DNA of 64,000 bases from Thermoplasmata archaeon (GCA_035532555.1 DATKQS010000004.1:2425-66424), one strand, 5' to 3'; counted from the first letter of the stretch, positions 18,478-28,591 are shown. Program-made: numbers and translations. The notes: a model not told the origin generated them from the letters alone.

Positions 18478-19431
18478 CTACCCTGCGCTCGCCCCGCCGC
18501 CGGATTTGTAGTCCGGGGTCCAGGGTGGGTGGTTTCCCTGGATCGCGAAGATAGCCCCGAGGAGAGCCACCGGCACTCCGAGCGCCCCGAGCAGCGTGGG
18601 AACGATCCCGAGCACCCCGACCGAGAGCGCGAGCGTGAACACCGGGATGGAAGCCATCAGCAGCGCGGCGAGGATCAGGCCGGCCTTCTCCACCGCTAGG
18701 AAGTAGAACAGAGGAGCGAGGAAGAACGTAATCGCACCGAGGACGACGAGGAGGCCGGTCGAAGTGATATCCAGCGTCCACAGGCCCGAGACGCCCCCCG
18801 GGAGCACGGGCGAGAGGACGAGCAGCACGATCCCCGCGCCGAGGAACGCCTGGGCGTTCAGCGCGCTGATCGGGACCGATCGGGCGGCACGCGCGGTCGT
18901 GACGAAGTACAATGCGACCGAGATCGGGAGGATCGGGATGACGAGCACCGCCCACCCCGTGATCGGAGCGATGGCATGACCCCCCACGATGGTGAGGGCC
19001 CCGCCCACGACGCTAAGGGACAGCCCTGCGATGAACTCGCGAGACCGCAGACGGTCTCGACCTTCCAGATAGAGCACCATGAGCACGAGCGGGGCGACCA
19101 CGACATCGCCGATCAGAGCGAGCAGGGAGGTGTCGATCGGTCCGGCCGTGTACGTGGCCGCTAGCGTCGAGATCTGCATCCCCACGGCGAATAGGATCCG
19201 CAACCACGCCGCGGGGTCCGCCCAGAGCCTGCAGAACGCAGCTCCCTGGCCCTTCGCGACCGCGTAGAGCGCGAAGAGTCCGCCGCCGACGAAGAACGGC
19301 CAGATGAGGACCGCGGAGGCTGAGGTGGACGGAGCGAGCCAGAGGACGAAGACGTAGTACGTCGCCCACAGGAACGCGGCGAGGGTGGCGAGCGCGATGG
19401 CGACGCTGCGCCCTCGAGAGCCTGGGACCAT
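18478..19431 (-). CDS. Integral membrane transporter, probably DMT/EamA superfamily
   Basis: 317 aa with about 10 hydrophobic helices in two similar halves. No sharper motif was recognised. Confidence 0.55.
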   Translation of the reverse strand: MVPGSRGRSVAIALATLAAFLWATYYVFVLWLAPSTSASAVLIWPFFVGGGLFALYAVAKGQGAAFCRLWADPAAWLRILFAVGMQISTLAATYTAGPIDTSLLALIGDVVVAPLVLMVLYLEGRDRLRSREFIAGLSLSVVGGALTIVGGHAIAPITGWAVLVIPILPISVALYFVTTARAARSVPISALNAQAFLGAGIVLLVLSPVLPGGVSGLWTLDITSTGLLVVLGAITFFLAPLFYFLAVEKAGLILAALLMASIPVFTLALSVGVLGIVPTLLGALGVPVALLGAIFAIQGNHPPWTPDYKSGGGASAG

Positions 19432-19511
19432 CGGGTTCCCACTCGGCGAACTCGCATATAGCTTCGGGAACGAAGGCGATCCGCGCCCGATGTATCCCGA
19501 GCGCCCGGAGT

Positions 19512-20573
19512 TCAGGAGTATCCGGAATACTCCAGTCCGAGCTCGGGGATCCGCACGCCACTCCCCCGTTCCACGTGCCCGACCGGGAGGGCGTCCGGAG
19601 CTCCGGCCCGGGCGAGCCGCCGCCGCACTTCTGCCAGGCGGTGGGGGGCGACGACCACCACGAACCCGATCCCGACGTTGAACGTTTGGTACATCTCCTC
19701 GTCGGAGAGCCCGCCGAGCTCGCGGATCCAGGCGAAGAGGCCCTCGGGACGCGGCCAGCGATCGAGCACGAAGGCAACGTTCCGGTTCAGTCGGGACAGA
19801 TTGCGGACCCCACCGCCGGAGATGTGGGCGAATCCACGCACGTCCGGCCGGTCCGCGAGCGCCTCGGACATCGGTGTGTAGATCCGCGTCGGACGCAGGA
19901 GTTCCGCACCGAGGGACCCGCGCGCGCCCTCACGCGGCTGCGTCAGATCGATTCGACACTCCGAGATGATCCGGCGGACGAGCGTGAACCCGTTGGCATG
20001 GAATCCCGCCGAGGGGATCCCCAACAGGATGTCTCCAGGGCGGATACCCCGGCCGACAATCGGCCGGCGGCCCCGCGGGAAGAATCCGACGGCCGTGCCG
20101 CCGAGGTCGAACCCGTCGAGCAGATCGGGCACGACCGCGGTCTCCCCTCCTAAGAGCGTACACTCTGCCGTTCGCAAACCTCGTCCGATGCCGCGCCCGA
20201 TCTCCGCGAACACCTTCGGGTCGGGTACGGCACACGAAATGACGTCGACCAGACCGGCCGGGCGCGCACCGACCGCGGCGAGATCATTGACGTTCACTCC
20301 GACGATATCCTCTCCGACCTCCTCGAAGCGTCGCATCTCCTCCGCGACCAGCACCTTCGTCCCGACGGTGTCGGTCGTCACGGCAATCGTCTCCTTCCCG
20401 ATGCGTAAGAGGCCGGCGAAGTGCCCGGGCGCATCGACCGCGCGACCGTGCGAAGGCGGAGGCCGGTACGGAGCGCCTCCCACGAGCGCTTGGAGCGCCT
20501 CGCGTACCGCGGATCGGTCCACGCCGCTCTGAGCGTAGGTTTTCGGGGTCGCCGGACGGACCAGGGCGCTCAC
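19512..20573 (-). CDS. purM: Phosphoribosylformylglycinamidine cyclo-ligase (AIR synthase)
   Basis: TYAQSGVDRS..., IAVTTDTVGTKVLVAEE, VGVNVNDLAAVGARP and GGETAVVP. The listed 533-aa ORF has an Arg-rich N-terminal part that overlaps pyrC. The likely start is the in-frame GTG at 20573 (VSALVRPATPKTYAQSGVD). Confidence 0.87.
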   Translation of the reverse strand: MSALVRPATPKTYAQSGVDRSAVREALQALVGGAPYRPPPSHGRAVDAPGHFAGLLRIGKETIAVTTDTVGTKVLVAEEMRRFEEVGEDIVGVNVNDLAAVGARPAGLVDVISCAVPDPKVFAEIGRGIGRGLRTAECTLLGGETAVVPDLLDGFDLGGTAVGFFPRGRRPIVGRGIRPGDILLGIPSAGFHANGFTLVRRIISECRIDLTQPREGARGSLGAELLRPTRIYTPMSEALADRPDVRGFAHISGGGVRNLSRLNRNVAFVLDRWPRPEGLFAWIRELGGLSDEEMYQTFNVGIGFVVVVAPHRLAEVRRRLARAGAPDALPVGHVERGSGVRIPELGLEYSGYS

Positions 20574-20653
20574 GTTCCCCACGAGACCCGCGACCACATA
20601 GCGGTTCGCCGCCCTCGGCGCATTCTTTAGCAGGACGGGTCTTCGGAGGTACG

Positions 20654-22024
20654 ATGACTGCGTCCCGGCGCGCCACTCGCCGATCGAGCCCCGAAGGCGG
20701 TCGTTCCCGCGAGCTCGCTTTGATCCTCGCCGGCCGGACATGGCTCGAGGGCAAGATTCGATCGATCGAGATTGGCATCGATGAGGAAGGAACGATCCGC
20801 GCGATCGGCCGCAGCCTCCGAGGGGCTCCCCGCCACGACGTCGGCGAATCACTCCTCCTCCCCTCCGCCACCGACCTGCACGTCCACTTCCGGGACCCGG
20901 GCCGAGAGTCCGAACCGGAGGACTTCGCGACCGGGACGCTGCAGGCCGCCCTCGGGGGTGTGGGGCTCGTGGCCGACATGCCCAACACCCGGCCTCGTGT
21001 CGATACGCTCGACCGACTGCGGGCGAAGGAGGCCCGAGCCCAGGGGCGCGCGCTCGTAGACGTCCTTCTCTACGCCGCCGCGACCCCACGGGCCCCGATC
21101 GATGTCCTCGCACGTCGGGCCGGCGCTTTCAAGCTCTATCTGAGCCCGACCACCGACGTCGACGAGGTCCCCACGAGCGCGGACCTCGATCTGCTGCTGA
21201 AGCGGGTGGCGGCGACGAACCTACCGCTCTCCGTTCATGCCGAGAATCCGGACCGGTTCCATCGAGAGATCGAGCCCGCGAACCCTCCGGACTGGAACCG
21301 CGTCCGTCCCGTGGACGCCGAGCGCACCGCGGTCGATGCCCTCCTGCGCGGGCCCCGCAGCCTGCGCCTTCACGTGGCACACGTGACGGACGCGACGATC
21401 GCCGGACGCCTCCGGAAGGAGGGGGACTCCTTCGAAGCGACGCCCCACCATCTCCTGCTCTCGGAGCGCTCGGGCGACGGAACGAAATTCAAGGTCAATC
21501 CGCCGCTGCGCTCGGAGCGGCAGCGCCGTGCGCTGTGGGAAGCGTTCGTTCGCGGAGGGATCCCGTGTCTCGCGAGCGATCACGCCCCCCACTCCTCGGA
21601 AGAGAAGCAGCGGCCCTTCCCGCTCGCCCCGAGCGGAATGCCGAACGTCGAAACGATGCTTCCACTCCTGCTCGCCCGAGTGCGCGCGGGCGACCTGCCC
21701 CTCCCCGTCCTCCTCGCGGCCGCCTGCGATCGCCCCGCCCGCTGGATCGGACAGCCGCGGGGGCGGATCGCCATCGGCCACCGCGCGGACCTCCTGGTCG
21801 TGGACTTCCGAGACCGCCGCGCCATCGCGGCCCGCGACCTACACGCGCCGTGCGGCTGGACGGCCTTCGAAGGGTGGCAAGGGATCTTCCCCCGAGAGCA
21901 CTACCTACGAGGAAGGCGCATCGTCGAGGGTGGGGAATTCGTTGGGGGCCTGGGCGGGACGATCGTTCGTCCGGAGTTCGCCCCGGCTCGATCCGCCCCG
22001 CAACCTCGCTCGATCGCCGAGTGA
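20654..22024 (+). CDS. pyrC: Dihydroorotase-type amidohydrolase
   Basis: 456 aa with ATDLHVHFRDPG, SVHAE, LHVAHV, EATPHHLLL, KVNPPLRSE and LASDHAPH. This is the cyclic amidohydrolase metal-ligand pattern typical of DHOase. Confidence 0.78.
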   Translation: MTASRRATRRSSPEGGRSRELALILAGRTWLEGKIRSIEIGIDEEGTIRAIGRSLRGAPRHDVGESLLLPSATDLHVHFRDPGRESEPEDFATGTLQAALGGVGLVADMPNTRPRVDTLDRLRAKEARAQGRALVDVLLYAAATPRAPIDVLARRAGAFKLYLSPTTDVDEVPTSADLDLLLKRVAATNLPLSVHAENPDRFHREIEPANPPDWNRVRPVDAERTAVDALLRGPRSLRLHVAHVTDATIAGRLRKEGDSFEATPHHLLLSERSGDGTKFKVNPPLRSERQRRALWEAFVRGGIPCLASDHAPHSSEEKQRPFPLAPSGMPNVETMLPLLLARVRAGDLPLPVLLAAACDRPARWIGQPRGRIAIGHRADLLVVDFRDRRAIAARDLHAPCGWTAFEGWQGIFPREHYLRGRRIVEGGEFVGGLGGTIVRPEFAPARSAPQPRSIAE

Positions 22025-22025
22025 C

Positions 22026-22721
22026 CTACTCGGCCTTATCCCGCGCCGGGGGCGAACCGTCCTTGGTCTTCGCCGGCCCCGGGATGCGCCGCGGGGGCCA
22101 CCCCCACGTGATCTGGTCGGTGAACACGAGCAGGAAATAGATGGCCGCCAGGACGACGGCGACGATGAAGAAGTAGTTGAGGACGGTGAAGTATCCCTGG
22201 ATGATCGTCCAGCTGCCCTCCAGCCGGATGCCGGCGTAGATGAAGGCCAGGGTGAACGGGATCGCGCCGAGCAGGGTGTAGACGCCGAACTTCCACAGCT
22301 TCATCCGGGCGAACCCCGCCGGGTAGCTGATGTAGCTGCGGATGACCGGGACGAGCCGGGTCACGGCGACCGTGACTTCGCCCCTGCGGGCGAACCAATC
22401 GTCCACGCGCGCCATGCTCTTCGGGTCGAACTGCAGCGGTCCGAGCGATCGTCGTGCCAGCCATTCCCGGCCCCACCGACCGACCGCATACGCGGCGAAC
22501 GCCCCCACCAAGCCCCCTGCGAGGGCGACGAAGATCGTCGGCTCGAGCCCGAAGACCCCATCCGCGACCAGGAACCCCGCGAACGGCAGGATCACCTCGC
22601 TCGGCAGTGGCGGTATGCCAAAGCTCTCGGCCACCATCAGGAGGAAGAGCCCGGGCAGGCCGATGTACGTCATCGTCGTGACGACGAACCAGGCCAACGA
22701 TCCCACGATCGATATCGACAT
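22026..22721 (-). CDS. DedA / SNARE-associated family membrane protein
   Basis: 231 aa from ATG 22721 (MSISIVGSLAWFVV...AESFGIPPLPSEVILPFAGFL...VTRLVPVIRSYISYPAGF). It is the only protein-like part of the listed 616-aa ORF. Confidence 0.8.
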   Translation of the reverse strand: MSISIVGSLAWFVVTTMTYIGLPGLFLLMVAESFGIPPLPSEVILPFAGFLVADGVFGLEPTIFVALAGGLVGAFAAYAVGRWGREWLARRSLGPLQFDPKSMARVDDWFARRGEVTVAVTRLVPVIRSYISYPAGFARMKLWKFGVYTLLGAIPFTLAFIYAGIRLEGSWTIIQGYFTVLNYFFIVAVVLAAIYFLLVFTDQITWGWPPRRIPGPAKTKDGSPPARDKAE

Positions 22722-22756
22722 CGCGATCGCTCCGCGCCCGGGACCGTCGGGGGCTC

Positions 22757-23008
22757 TTAAGATGAGGCGGACGGCTCGAAGAGGAGCCGAAACGGGGTCC
22801 GCATCCCGGCGTTCGTTCGGGCCGGAATCCCCTCGAACTCGAGCGGGGTGGAACACCCTCCGCAGGAGACCGACGGACGCTGGCGGCCAAGCGCGATCGA
22901 CAAAGCGATGCCCACCTCGATCTCGCGGGGCTTCGCGGGAGCCTGCGCGAGCGCCCGGTGCAGCTCGTCCAGGAGCTGGGCCTCTTCGGAATCCCCGGGA
23001 GCCGTCAT
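22757..23008 (-). CDS. Hypothetical small protein (83 aa)
   Basis: High GC3 and a non-shadow-like composition at the N-terminus (MTAPGDSEEAQLLDELHRALAQAP). It contains a CGGC motif. No family was recognised. Confidence 0.35.
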   Translation of the reverse strand: MTAPGDSEEAQLLDELHRALAQAPAKPREIEVGIALSIALGRQRPSVSCGGCSTPLEFEGIPARTNAGMRTPFRLLFEPSASS

Positions 23009-23062
23009 CGTAGGTACCAGCGCGCGGGGGTCCTAAAGCGATTGTGGCCGCGAGAAGTACGG

Positions 23063-23962
23063 CTAGATGAACTCGTCCAGGACCTTCTCGTGGCCCTTGA
23101 GTCCCGCAGGCTGGGTCCAGAGCGGGCCGCCCTGCAGGACCTCCTCGAGGTCCTCGTACGTCGGCTTGGAGGTCGAGTAGAACAGTCCAATCGGGATCTT
23201 GTCGCCCCACTCGATCGATCGCTCGAACGCCTTGGGTAGGCTCGTCGGGTCGTGACCGGCGGCTTCGAGCTTGTAGACCCGCTGCCGGAAGTAGTCGAAC
23301 GTGTTCAGTTTGTTGTACGTCACGCAGGGGCTCATCGTGTCGATGAGCGAGAACCCCTTGTGCTGGATGCCGTTCGCGATGAGGTCCGCGAGGTGCTTGA
23401 CCTCCGCGGAGAATCCCCGGGCGACGTAGGTCGCGCCGCTCGCGAGCGCGATCGAGATCGGATCGATCGGGTTCTCGATCACCCCCTCGGGCGTCGACTT
23501 CGTTCGCTGCCCCATCATCGAGGTGGGGCTCGCCTGGCCGGTGGTCAGTCCGTAGATCTGGTTGTCCATGGTGACGTACGTGAGGTTGACGTTGCGCCGC
23601 ATCGCGTGGACGAGGTGACCGATGCCGATCCCGAAGCCATCCCCGTCCCCCCCGGTCACGATGACCGTGAGGTCGTGGTTCGCCCAGTGGATCCCTTCCG
23701 CGACGGGGACGGCCCGACCATGGATGCCGTGGAACCCGTAGCTCGAGAGGAAGTGCGGGAGGTTGGAAGAACAGCCGATCCCCGAAACGATCACGACGTT
23801 GTGGCTGGGGATCTGCAAGCGCTTGACGGCCATCTCGACCGCCGCTACGACCCCAAAGTCCCCGCATCCGGGGCACCAGGTCGGCTTGGTGTCGGACTTA
23901 CCGATGAGCGGGAGTGCGGGCCCCGTCGTGCTCGGGACCGGACGGGCGCTCGTTTCAGCCAT
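23063..23962 (-). CDS. korB: 2-oxoacid:ferredoxin oxidoreductase, beta subunit (TPP-binding)
   Basis: 299 aa from ATG 23962, with TWCPGCGDFG, GIGCSS, TGGDGDGFGIG and MDNQIYGLTTGQ. Confidence 0.9.
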   Translation of the reverse strand: MAETSARPVPSTTGPALPLIGKSDTKPTWCPGCGDFGVVAAVEMAVKRLQIPSHNVVIVSGIGCSSNLPHFLSSYGFHGIHGRAVPVAEGIHWANHDLTVIVTGGDGDGFGIGIGHLVHAMRRNVNLTYVTMDNQIYGLTTGQASPTSMMGQRTKSTPEGVIENPIDPISIALASGATYVARGFSAEVKHLADLIANGIQHKGFSLIDTMSPCVTYNKLNTFDYFRQRVYKLEAAGHDPTSLPKAFERSIEWGDKIPIGLFYSTSKPTYEDLEEVLQGGPLWTQPAGLKGHEKVLDEFI

Positions 23963-25703
23963 GGGTGAGTACCTCCCGAGCTCGCGCGACGAGCTCGTGC
24001 GGATAGAAAGGTTCCCCGTCGTACTTGAGTAGCGTGTTCGGTAGGTGGATCCCCGTCTCCGCCCGAAGGAGGCGCCCGAACTGACCGGTGAAGTTCCCCT
24101 CGACCAGGAGGGTCTTCTTCGTCTTCGCGATCGCCGCGCGCGTCGCCTCCGCGTGCAGCGGGAACACGGTGGGGAAGTGCAGCAGGTTGGTCGAGCGGCC
24201 CTGGGCCGCGAGGAGCGGCATGGCATCTCGGATGGCGCCGATGGTCGATCCCCACGCCACGAACGTCAGCGCCGCATCCGCGGGACCCTCGAAGACCGGA
24301 GGACGCGAAGCGGCCATGACCCCGGCGAGCTTGCGCATGCGCTTGTCCATCATGTGGGTGCGTTCCGCGATCCAGACCGGAATGCCGGACCTCACGTCGG
24401 AGATGAGGTGACCTTTGGTGTCGTGCTCGTCCGACCCCGTCACGTACTGGAGACCGGGCTGGCCGGGTAGGGCGCGGGGCGATACACCGGACTCGGTGTA
24501 GGCGTAGCGGTGGTAATCCGCCGTCCCCGACGGAACCGTGAGAAGCGAAGGGATCGGGACGTCGGTCGGGATCTCGTCCCGATCGACGGTCGCGATGCTC
24601 TCCGAAAGGTGCAGATCGCTCGCCAAGAGCACCGGGATCTGCCAATCTTCAGCCAGCCGGAACGCGTCGATCGTTGCCCGATACGCCTCTGCGGGGTTCG
24701 AGGGAGCGAGGATCGCGCGTGGGAAGTCGCCCTGTCCCGCCCCGAGCATGAGGTTGAGATCCCCCTGTTCGGTCTTCGTCGGGAGCCCGGTCGATGGACC
24801 CGCACGTTGGGACTCCACCACGACCAGCGGGACCTCGGTCATACCCGCCATCCCCAGCGCTTCGACCATCAGAGAGAATCCTCCCCCGCTGGTCGCGGTC
24901 ATCGCACGAACCCCGCCGTAGGAGGCTCCGATCGCCATGTGGATGGCCGCCAGCTCGTCCTCGGCCTGCTTCACGACGATCCCCAGCTCCTGGGCGTGGG
25001 CGGCGAGCCAATGCATGATCGACGTCGCGGGAGTCATGGGGTACTGGGCCAGGAACTTGCAGCCCGCGGCGGCCGCCCCGAGGGCGATCGCCTGGTTGCC
25101 GGTCATGAGGAGTTTGGGAGGCCCGGCCCGATGGACGGCACGGTCGCTGATGCTCGCGTGCTGCCGGGTGTACTCGTAGCCGTCGGTGCTCGCGCGGAGG
25201 TTCCACTGGAGGATGTCTCCGGCTTTCTTGCCAAACGAATCGGTCAGGACGCCGTGGAGCACGTCAAGCGGGATGCCCGAGATGAACGCCGCGGCCCCGA
25301 GGCCTACCGCGTTCTGGAGGATCGGCTGCGTCGTGTACTTGCGGGCGAGCTCCATCGTCGGGAGGGAGAGGGCTCGGGTTCCCACGGGAAGTTCCGAGTC
25401 CGCGATCTTGAGCCGCTCCGGGTCATAGATCACGGTCGCGCCCGGACGCAGCGCGGGAGCGTGCACGTCGAAGGTCTCCCGGTTGAGGCAATAGAGCAGA
25501 TCGGCGCCGTCGCCCTGGGAGTACGGACGTTCGGAGGAGGTGCGCGCCTGGAACCAGACGTGGCCGCCGCGGATCACCGACTGGTAGGCGTTCAGGCCGA
25601 AGACGTGCAGGCCCATCCGGGAGAACGATCGGGAGAACGCGTCCCCGATCGAAGCGATCCCATCGCCCGCTTCGCCTCCGGCGCGTAGCGAGATTTCCGG
25701 CAC
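23955..25703 (-). CDS. korA: 2-oxoacid:ferredoxin oxidoreductase, fused gamma-alpha subunit
   Basis: 582 aa with a GTG start. The N-terminal gamma-like domain (AGGEAGDGIASIGD...) is fused to an alpha domain (GAAAAGCKFLAQYPMTPAT), as in two-subunit archaeal OFORs. It overlaps korB by 8 nt. Confidence 0.9.
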   Translation of the reverse strand: MPEISLRAGGEAGDGIASIGDAFSRSFSRMGLHVFGLNAYQSVIRGGHVWFQARTSSERPYSQGDGADLLYCLNRETFDVHAPALRPGATVIYDPERLKIADSELPVGTRALSLPTMELARKYTTQPILQNAVGLGAAAFISGIPLDVLHGVLTDSFGKKAGDILQWNLRASTDGYEYTRQHASISDRAVHRAGPPKLLMTGNQAIALGAAAAGCKFLAQYPMTPATSIMHWLAAHAQELGIVVKQAEDELAAIHMAIGASYGGVRAMTATSGGGFSLMVEALGMAGMTEVPLVVVESQRAGPSTGLPTKTEQGDLNLMLGAGQGDFPRAILAPSNPAEAYRATIDAFRLAEDWQIPVLLASDLHLSESIATVDRDEIPTDVPIPSLLTVPSGTADYHRYAYTESGVSPRALPGQPGLQYVTGSDEHDTKGHLISDVRSGIPVWIAERTHMMDKRMRKLAGVMAASRPPVFEGPADAALTFVAWGSTIGAIRDAMPLLAAQGRSTNLLHFPTVFPLHAEATRAAIAKTKKTLLVEGNFTGQFGRLLRAETGIHLPNTLLKYDGEPFYPHELVARAREVLTHG

Positions 25704-25798
25704 GAACCGAATGGAGCGGGCGAGCGTAATTAAGCGGTTCGGGAACCCGGGCGCCCGGTGGGATAACGATTAGTCTTGGCGGGGGACTAACACGGTCC

Positions 25799-26056
25799 GT
25801 GAATCGACGCCTGAAGGTCCTCCTGTTCTCGACAGCCCGGGAAGCCGTGGGACGGCCCCGGGTCGATGTCGACATCCCCAAGAGCGGGTCGACCGTGCGC
25901 CAGGTCGTCGCGCTGCTGGCCCGAGACTACCCCCGTCTCGCCGGGATCCTGACGAGCTGTCGCTTCACCCGCAACGGAGAGTACGTACAGGGTTGGTCGG
26001 CGCGCGTCCGGCCGGGCGATGAGTTCGCGATCCATCCGCCGTACAGCGGGGGATGA
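25799..26056 (+). CDS. moaD: MoaD/ThiS-family ubiquitin-like sulfur carrier (C-terminal GG)
   Basis: 85 aa ending ...IHPPYSGG, immediately upstream of and overlapping moaE. It could alternatively act as a SAMP-type modifier. Confidence 0.72.
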   Translation: MNRRLKVLLFSTAREAVGRPRVDVDIPKSGSTVRQVVALLARDYPRLAGILTSCRFTRNGEYVQGWSARVRPGDEFAIHPPYSGG

Positions 26057-26501
26057 TCGGTTGTCGGTCCGGCTCTCCGCCCGGCCCCTATCGTCGGCGC
26101 GGGCGTTGAAGGAGCTCGGAGTCCACGGCCTCGGAGGGATCGTCCTGTTCGTGGGCCGCGTTCGGCCCGATCGGACGCGGGCCGGAACGGTCCGGGCGCT
26201 CACTTACGAGTCGCACCGCGCACTCGCGTTGGAGGAGTTCCGGGCCCTCGAGGCGGAGGCCCGGGAGCGCTACGGGGTGGGTCGGATCGTGATCTGGCAT
26301 CGCATCGGGACCGTCCCCGTTGGCGAACCGTCGGTGATGATCGGGGCGGCGAGCGCCCACCGGCGCGCGGCGTTCGATGCGACGTCGATGCTCATCGAGC
26401 GGTTGAAGTCCGACGTTCCGTTGTGGAAGTCGGAGCGAGTACGACCCGGGCGTCCACTGCGACGGCGCCCTTCCCGCGGGCCCGTACGATCAGCGGGTTG
26501 A
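26019..26501 (+). CDS. moaE: Molybdopterin synthase catalytic subunit MoaE
   Basis: GGIVLFVGRVR..., TYESHRALALEE, IWHRIGTVPVGEPSVMIGAASAHR and DVPLWKSE. The start is uncertain: ATG 26019 overlaps moaD, and TTG 26061 is an alternative. Confidence 0.8.
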   Translation: MSSRSIRRTAGDDRLSVRLSARPLSSARALKELGVHGLGGIVLFVGRVRPDRTRAGTVRALTYESHRALALEEFRALEAEARERYGVGRIVIWHRIGTVPVGEPSVMIGAASAHRRAAFDATSMLIERLKSDVPLWKSERVRPGRPLRRRPSRGPVRSAG

Positions 26502-28554
26502 TGTCCAACTCCGCGATCTCGGGGATCTCCACCGCGAGTTGGGAGATCCGTTCCAACGTCTCATATAGGGCCGGCAGGTCGCTCGGCGCCTCGCCTCGAA
26601 CTCCGAGCAGGAGGGGAAAGGCCCGGATCGACGAGACCATGTTCTCTGCCGACAGCGGCACGATCGGGGCGAGCCGGAAGGTAACATCCTGAAGGACCTC
26701 CACGTAGATCCCGCCCATCCCGAAGACGAGAATCGGGCCAAAGTTACGGTCCCGCTGGATCCCGATCAGGACCTCCTTACCCCCGGAGATCTCCTGTTCG
26801 ATCTCGAACCCGTCGATCCGTGCCTTCGGAGCGTTCGCGGCGATTGCCCGCTGCATCCGGTCCCAGGCGCGCCCGAGCCCCTCCGCGTCCGCGAGATGCA
26901 GCGCGACCCCGCCGACATCGGTCTTGTGGGAGATGTCCCGGGAGGCGACCTTGAGAACGGCGGGGTAGCCCACCGTCGCGGCGAGCCGAATCGCCTCCGT
27001 CCGCGACCGGGCGCGGGCGTGGTCGGGGAATCCGATGCCATACGCTTCGAGGAGCGTGCGGGCGACGTACTCGGGGAGCACGGTCTCTCCCCGTCGGAGG
27101 GAGCTTCGAACGAGCGCGCGGGCACGGCGGGAGTCCACCACGAACCGTCGCGCCTTCGTGCGCCGGCGGGCGCGCCAGATGTTGTACTGCTGGAGGCTGG
27201 CGAGTCCCTGGATCGCCTCCTCGGGGAACGTGAAGGTGGGCACGCCCCGCTCCTCGAGGTACCCGACCTCGCGGGAGAGATCGGTGAGGCCGAAGAGACA
27301 GGCCGCCACGGGCTTCTTGGACGGCCCGCGGCCTTCCAAGATCGCGGCGGCGGCGGCCGAGCCCGTGAGGGGCCCGGTCGGGGTGGCGATCACGAGGGCT
27401 CCATCGATTTGGGGGGAAGAGAGGAGGCTCCGCAAGGCGCGCCGGTACTGCTCGGGCCTCGCGTCCGCGGTCATGTCGAGCGGGTTCGCGAGGCTGGCCG
27501 AGGGAGAGAGATGGGGAGCGAGGGATCGCTGGATCCGGGCGGTAGGAACGGGAAGCTCGAGATGGTTGCGCGCACACGCGTCCGCCGCGACGATCCCGGG
27601 TCCGCCGGAGTTGGTGAGGATGGCGAGCCGCGGGCCGGCGAGGCGCGCGTCGGTGGCGAAGATCTTGGCCGAGCGGAACAGCTCGCCGATCGTCTCCGTT
27701 CGCAGGACGCCCGATTGGGCGAACAGCGCGTCGTAGAGTCGATCCTGGCCGGAGTGGGCGAGCGAGCCGGTATGGCTCAGTGCGGCACGTTCGCCCGCCG
27801 GGGTGCGACCGCTCTTGATGACGAGCACCGGCTTGGTATCCGTCACCTCTCGGGCGGTCTCGAGGAAGCGACGCCCGTCCGCGAGGCTCTCGACGTAGAG
27901 GAGCACGACCTTGGTCGCCTCGTCGTCCTTGAGCGATAGGAGGAGATCGTTCTCGTCCACCCCGGCTCGGTTGCCCATCGATACGAACCGGGAGAAGCCG
28001 ATCCGCTCGGCGATCCCGTACTGCAGGATCCCGGCGCACAGCGCTCCGCTCTGCGAGACAAACGCGATGTTGCCGCGGGGAGGAAGTTGTTCGCTGAAGG
28101 TGGCGTTCAGGCCGACGGTGGGGTCGGTGTTGAGCACACCGAAGCAGTTCGGTCCGACGATCGACATTCGATGGCGTCGCACCGTTCGGATCAGGCGGTC
28201 CTCGAGGATCTCCCCCTCCGCTCCGATCTCGCGGAAGCCAGCCGAGATGACCACGACTCCGCGGGTCCCGCGCCGGCCCAACTGGTCGACGACCCGCTCC
28301 ACCTTAGGTGCGGGCACGATCACGATGGCGAGCTCCGGGGCCTCGGGAAGATCGGAGACGCGGGAGTAGCAACGCACGCCCGAAACGCTCTTCCACGCGG
28401 GGTTGACCGGGTACACGACTCCCCGATATCCGGCCGCGAGGAGGTTGCGGAACAGGGCCGCGCCCACCGCTCCCGGCCGGTTCGATGCGCCAATCACGGC
28501 GATCGAGCGAGGACGGAACAGCTCCTCGAGTGCCGGCGATCGACCCACTACCAT
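26392..28554 (-). CDS. acd: Acetyl-CoA synthetase (ADP-forming), fused alpha/beta
   Basis: 720 aa from ATG 28554. It has a CoA-binding domain (PRSIAVIGASNRPGAVG, VYPVNP), a ligase-CoA domain (VGPNCFGV) and a C-terminal ATP-grasp (YPAVLKVAS...KTDVGGV). Confidence 0.87.
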   Translation of the reverse strand: MVVGRSPALEELFRPRSIAVIGASNRPGAVGAALFRNLLAAGYRGVVYPVNPAWKSVSGVRCYSRVSDLPEAPELAIVIVPAPKVERVVDQLGRRGTRGVVVISAGFREIGAEGEILEDRLIRTVRRHRMSIVGPNCFGVLNTDPTVGLNATFSEQLPPRGNIAFVSQSGALCAGILQYGIAERIGFSRFVSMGNRAGVDENDLLLSLKDDEATKVVLLYVESLADGRRFLETAREVTDTKPVLVIKSGRTPAGERAALSHTGSLAHSGQDRLYDALFAQSGVLRTETIGELFRSAKIFATDARLAGPRLAILTNSGGPGIVAADACARNHLELPVPTARIQRSLAPHLSPSASLANPLDMTADARPEQYRRALRSLLSSPQIDGALVIATPTGPLTGSAAAAAILEGRGPSKKPVAACLFGLTDLSREVGYLEERGVPTFTFPEEAIQGLASLQQYNIWRARRRTKARRFVVDSRRARALVRSSLRRGETVLPEYVARTLLEAYGIGFPDHARARSRTEAIRLAATVGYPAVLKVASRDISHKTDVGGVALHLADAEGLGRAWDRMQRAIAANAPKARIDGFEIEQEISGGKEVLIGIQRDRNFGPILVFGMGGIYVEVLQDVTFRLAPIVPLSAENMVSSIRAFPLLLGVRGEAPSDLPALYETLERISQLAVEIPEIAELDINPLIVRARGKGAVAVDARVVLAPTSTTERRTSTAR

Positions 28555-28591
28555 GCGCGCGGCTCCCCCCGGCGGGACACGGGAGCGCGCG

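Noticed and set aside
17060-18955. 631-aa minus-strand ORF
   Set aside because: It is antisense to polB and out of frame with the DMT transporter gene. It has an Arg/Gly/Pro/Asp-rich composition and no recognisable domain.
20574-21113. N-terminal 180 codons of the listed 533-aa purM ORF
   Set aside because: This part is Arg-rich low-complexity sequence that overlaps the pyrC gene on the other strand. The PurM homology begins at ...KTYAQSGVD just after an in-frame GTG.
22026-23876. 616-aa minus-strand ORF treated as one gene
   Set aside because: Only the last 231 codons (DedA) look like protein. The upstream part is Arg/Pro/Gly-rich and overlaps the real korB frame and the 83-aa ORF.
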